DNA of 63,282 bases, filler included, from Chiloscyllium plagiosum (taxonomy: Eukaryota): assembly GCF_004010195.1 (NCBI RefSeq). It is 3 parts of one record of this genome, joined end to end, with 100 filler letters (N's around TTAATTAATTAA, not from the genome) between each part and the next. Parts side by side here need not be neighbours in the genome. Positions count along the whole stretch, not along the records: positions 49,930 to 63,282 come from NC_057713.1; 2 more parts are not named here. The stretch is one strand, 5' to 3'. The position numbers and the translations under genes are program-made. This document shows positions 61,775 through 63,282 of this stretch, one piece after another. The notes under the pieces are model-generated. The model saw nothing but the letters and a program-made list of their open reading frames with translations. It was not told the DNA's origin and ran no database searches. Positions within the stretch are counted from its first letter, which is position 1. The number at the start of each line of letters is the position of its first letter.

Positions 61775-61866
61775 GTCGAAAAGTATGGTGCTGGAAAAGC
61801 ATAGGTCAGGCAGCATCTGAGGAGCAGGAGAGTCGACATTTCAGGCCTAAGTCCTTCATCAGGAAT
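61775..61866 (-). mobile_element. Degenerate single-arm family B element
   Basis: ggtgctggaaaagcataggtcaggcagcatctgaggagcaggagagtcgac..ccttcatcaggaat. Confidence 0.75.
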
Positions 61867-62406
61867 GTTTAGTATTCCGTTGTCTTGTACCTTCTTTCAA
61901 AGTGCATCATCTCACAATGATCAGGGTTATATTTTGTCTGCCACTGATCTGCCCATCTGACAAATCTGTTTGTATCCTCCTGTAACCTAACACCTTCTTC
62001 CTCACTGTCAACCTCCCAGCTAAACTGAAAATTGCTCCCTCTCATTTAAAAAAATAAAACAAAACTCAGAGATGTGGAATTCTCCTCTTTGCAAAGTTTT
62101 TTGATAAAACTCCTGAAAATAATGTTTGTCTAGTCTGTCTGTCCATTCTGTGTCAATGAATGTGTGGGTTTGGATTTAAAAGGGGATATGAGGTTTAATT
62201 TAAGGTTGCTTCAATAGTTAATAATCCACTTTGCCACATGTTAGAAAATACATTTTAAATAAGGTTTTGTTTTCTTATTCATTAATCTTCTCCCAAACTT
62301 ATTCATTAAAACTTACGAAAGGTTCAAGCCAGGGAGAGACAGTTGTGAGTCCTCCTCAGACGTAAAGGCAAAAGAAAATTGAATAAACAAAAAGAAGATT
62401 TCTCAC

Positions 62407-62502
62407 CTCCAGGCAGGTAAGTGGTGGACATTCAGAAGAACAGACCTTTCTTCCATTCAGGCATTGGCACCGCTCACAACCTTCTTCCCATTTGAAGCCT
62501 GG
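62407..62502 (-). CDS. SSPO: SCO-spondin internal exon (VWC-type module): PGFKWEEGCERCQCLNGRKVCSSECPPLTCLE
   Basis: 96 nt, phase 0/0. Acceptor ttctgcattgttttacag, donor GAG|gtgaga. Cys spacing W-x3-C-x2-C-x-C-x6-C-x3-C-x4-C fits the last VWC module of SCO-spondin as I recall it. Splices in frame to the next exon. Confidence 0.9.
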
Positions 62503-62549
62503 CTGTAAAACAATGCAGAAACCCCATTATTCTCAACTGTGAATATACA

Positions 62550-63282
62550 GCCATAGAGTCAGAGAGATGTACAGCATGGAAACAGACCCTTCAGTCCAAC
62601 CCATCCATGCCAAACAGATATCCTAACCCAATCTAGTCCCACCTGCCAGCATCCGGCCCATATCCCTCCAAACCCTTCCTATTCATATACCCATCCAAAT
62701 GCCTCTTAAATGTTGCAATTGTACCAGTCTCCACCACTTCCTCTGGCAGCTCATTCCATACACGTACCATCCTCTGCGTGAAAACGTTGCCCCTTAGGTC
62801 TCTTTTATATCTTTCCCCTCTCACCCTAAACCTATGCCATCTCGTTCTGGACTCCCTGAACTCAGGGAAAAGATTTTGTCTATTTATCCTATCTATGTCC
62901 CTCATAATTTTGTAAACCTCTATAAGGTCACCCCTCAGCCTCCAACGCTCCAGGGAAAACAGCCCCAGCCTGGTCAGCCTGTCCCTGTAGTTCAGATCCT
63001 CCAACCCTGGCAACATCCTTTTAAATCTTTTCTGAATCCTTTCAAGTTTAACAACATTTTTCCAATAGGAAGGAGACCAGAAATGCACGCAATATTCCAA
63101 CAGTGGCCTAACCAATGTCCTGTACAGATGCAACATGACCTCCCAAATCCTGTACTCAATACTCTGACCAATAAAGGAAAGCATACCAAATGCCTTCTTC
63201 ACTATCCTATCCACCTGCAACTCCACTTTCAAGGAGCTATGAACCTGCACTCCAAGGTCTCTTTGTTCAGCAACACTCCCTA
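62550..63282 (-). mobile_element. Young CR1 3' portion running off the window
   Basis: Uninterrupted 205 aa ORF with LVRPLLEYCVHFWSP, LRGDLIEVYKIM and VRVWNELPEEVVE. Confidence 0.95.

Overview
Eukaryotic, repeat-dense genomic DNA. The repeat content (HE1-type tRNA SINEs, CR1, Rex1/Babar, RTE, L2 and Penelope elements) points to a cartilaginous fish, probably a shark; this is inferred, not shown. Almost all long ORFs in the track are decayed retroelement pieces. The one host gene I can support is SCO-spondin (SSPO) on the minus strand: three phase-compatible GT-AG exons (62407-62502, 56948-57008, 51456-51583) encode the last VWC-type module and the first half of the C-terminal cystine knot. 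I could not find the exon that should complete the knot; it may lie in the adjacent unsized assembly gap. Other notable structure: (i) about 15 minimal hammerhead-ribozyme motifs in three sequence families, in Penelope termini and in short hairpin elements with their own 12-16 bp target-site duplications; (ii) a direct-inverted-direct micro-triplication at 23.4-23.9 kb; (iii) a ~170 bp locally templated insertion with a 44 bp flanking duplication, which puts direct repeats around an SSPO exon; (iv) a CpG-rich Tigger-like MITE; (v) a full-length CR1 with an esterase-type ORF1; (vi) an orphan signal-peptide-like exon; (vii) two 100 bp artificial gap pads. Coordinates of old repeats are approximate. 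No database searches were run.
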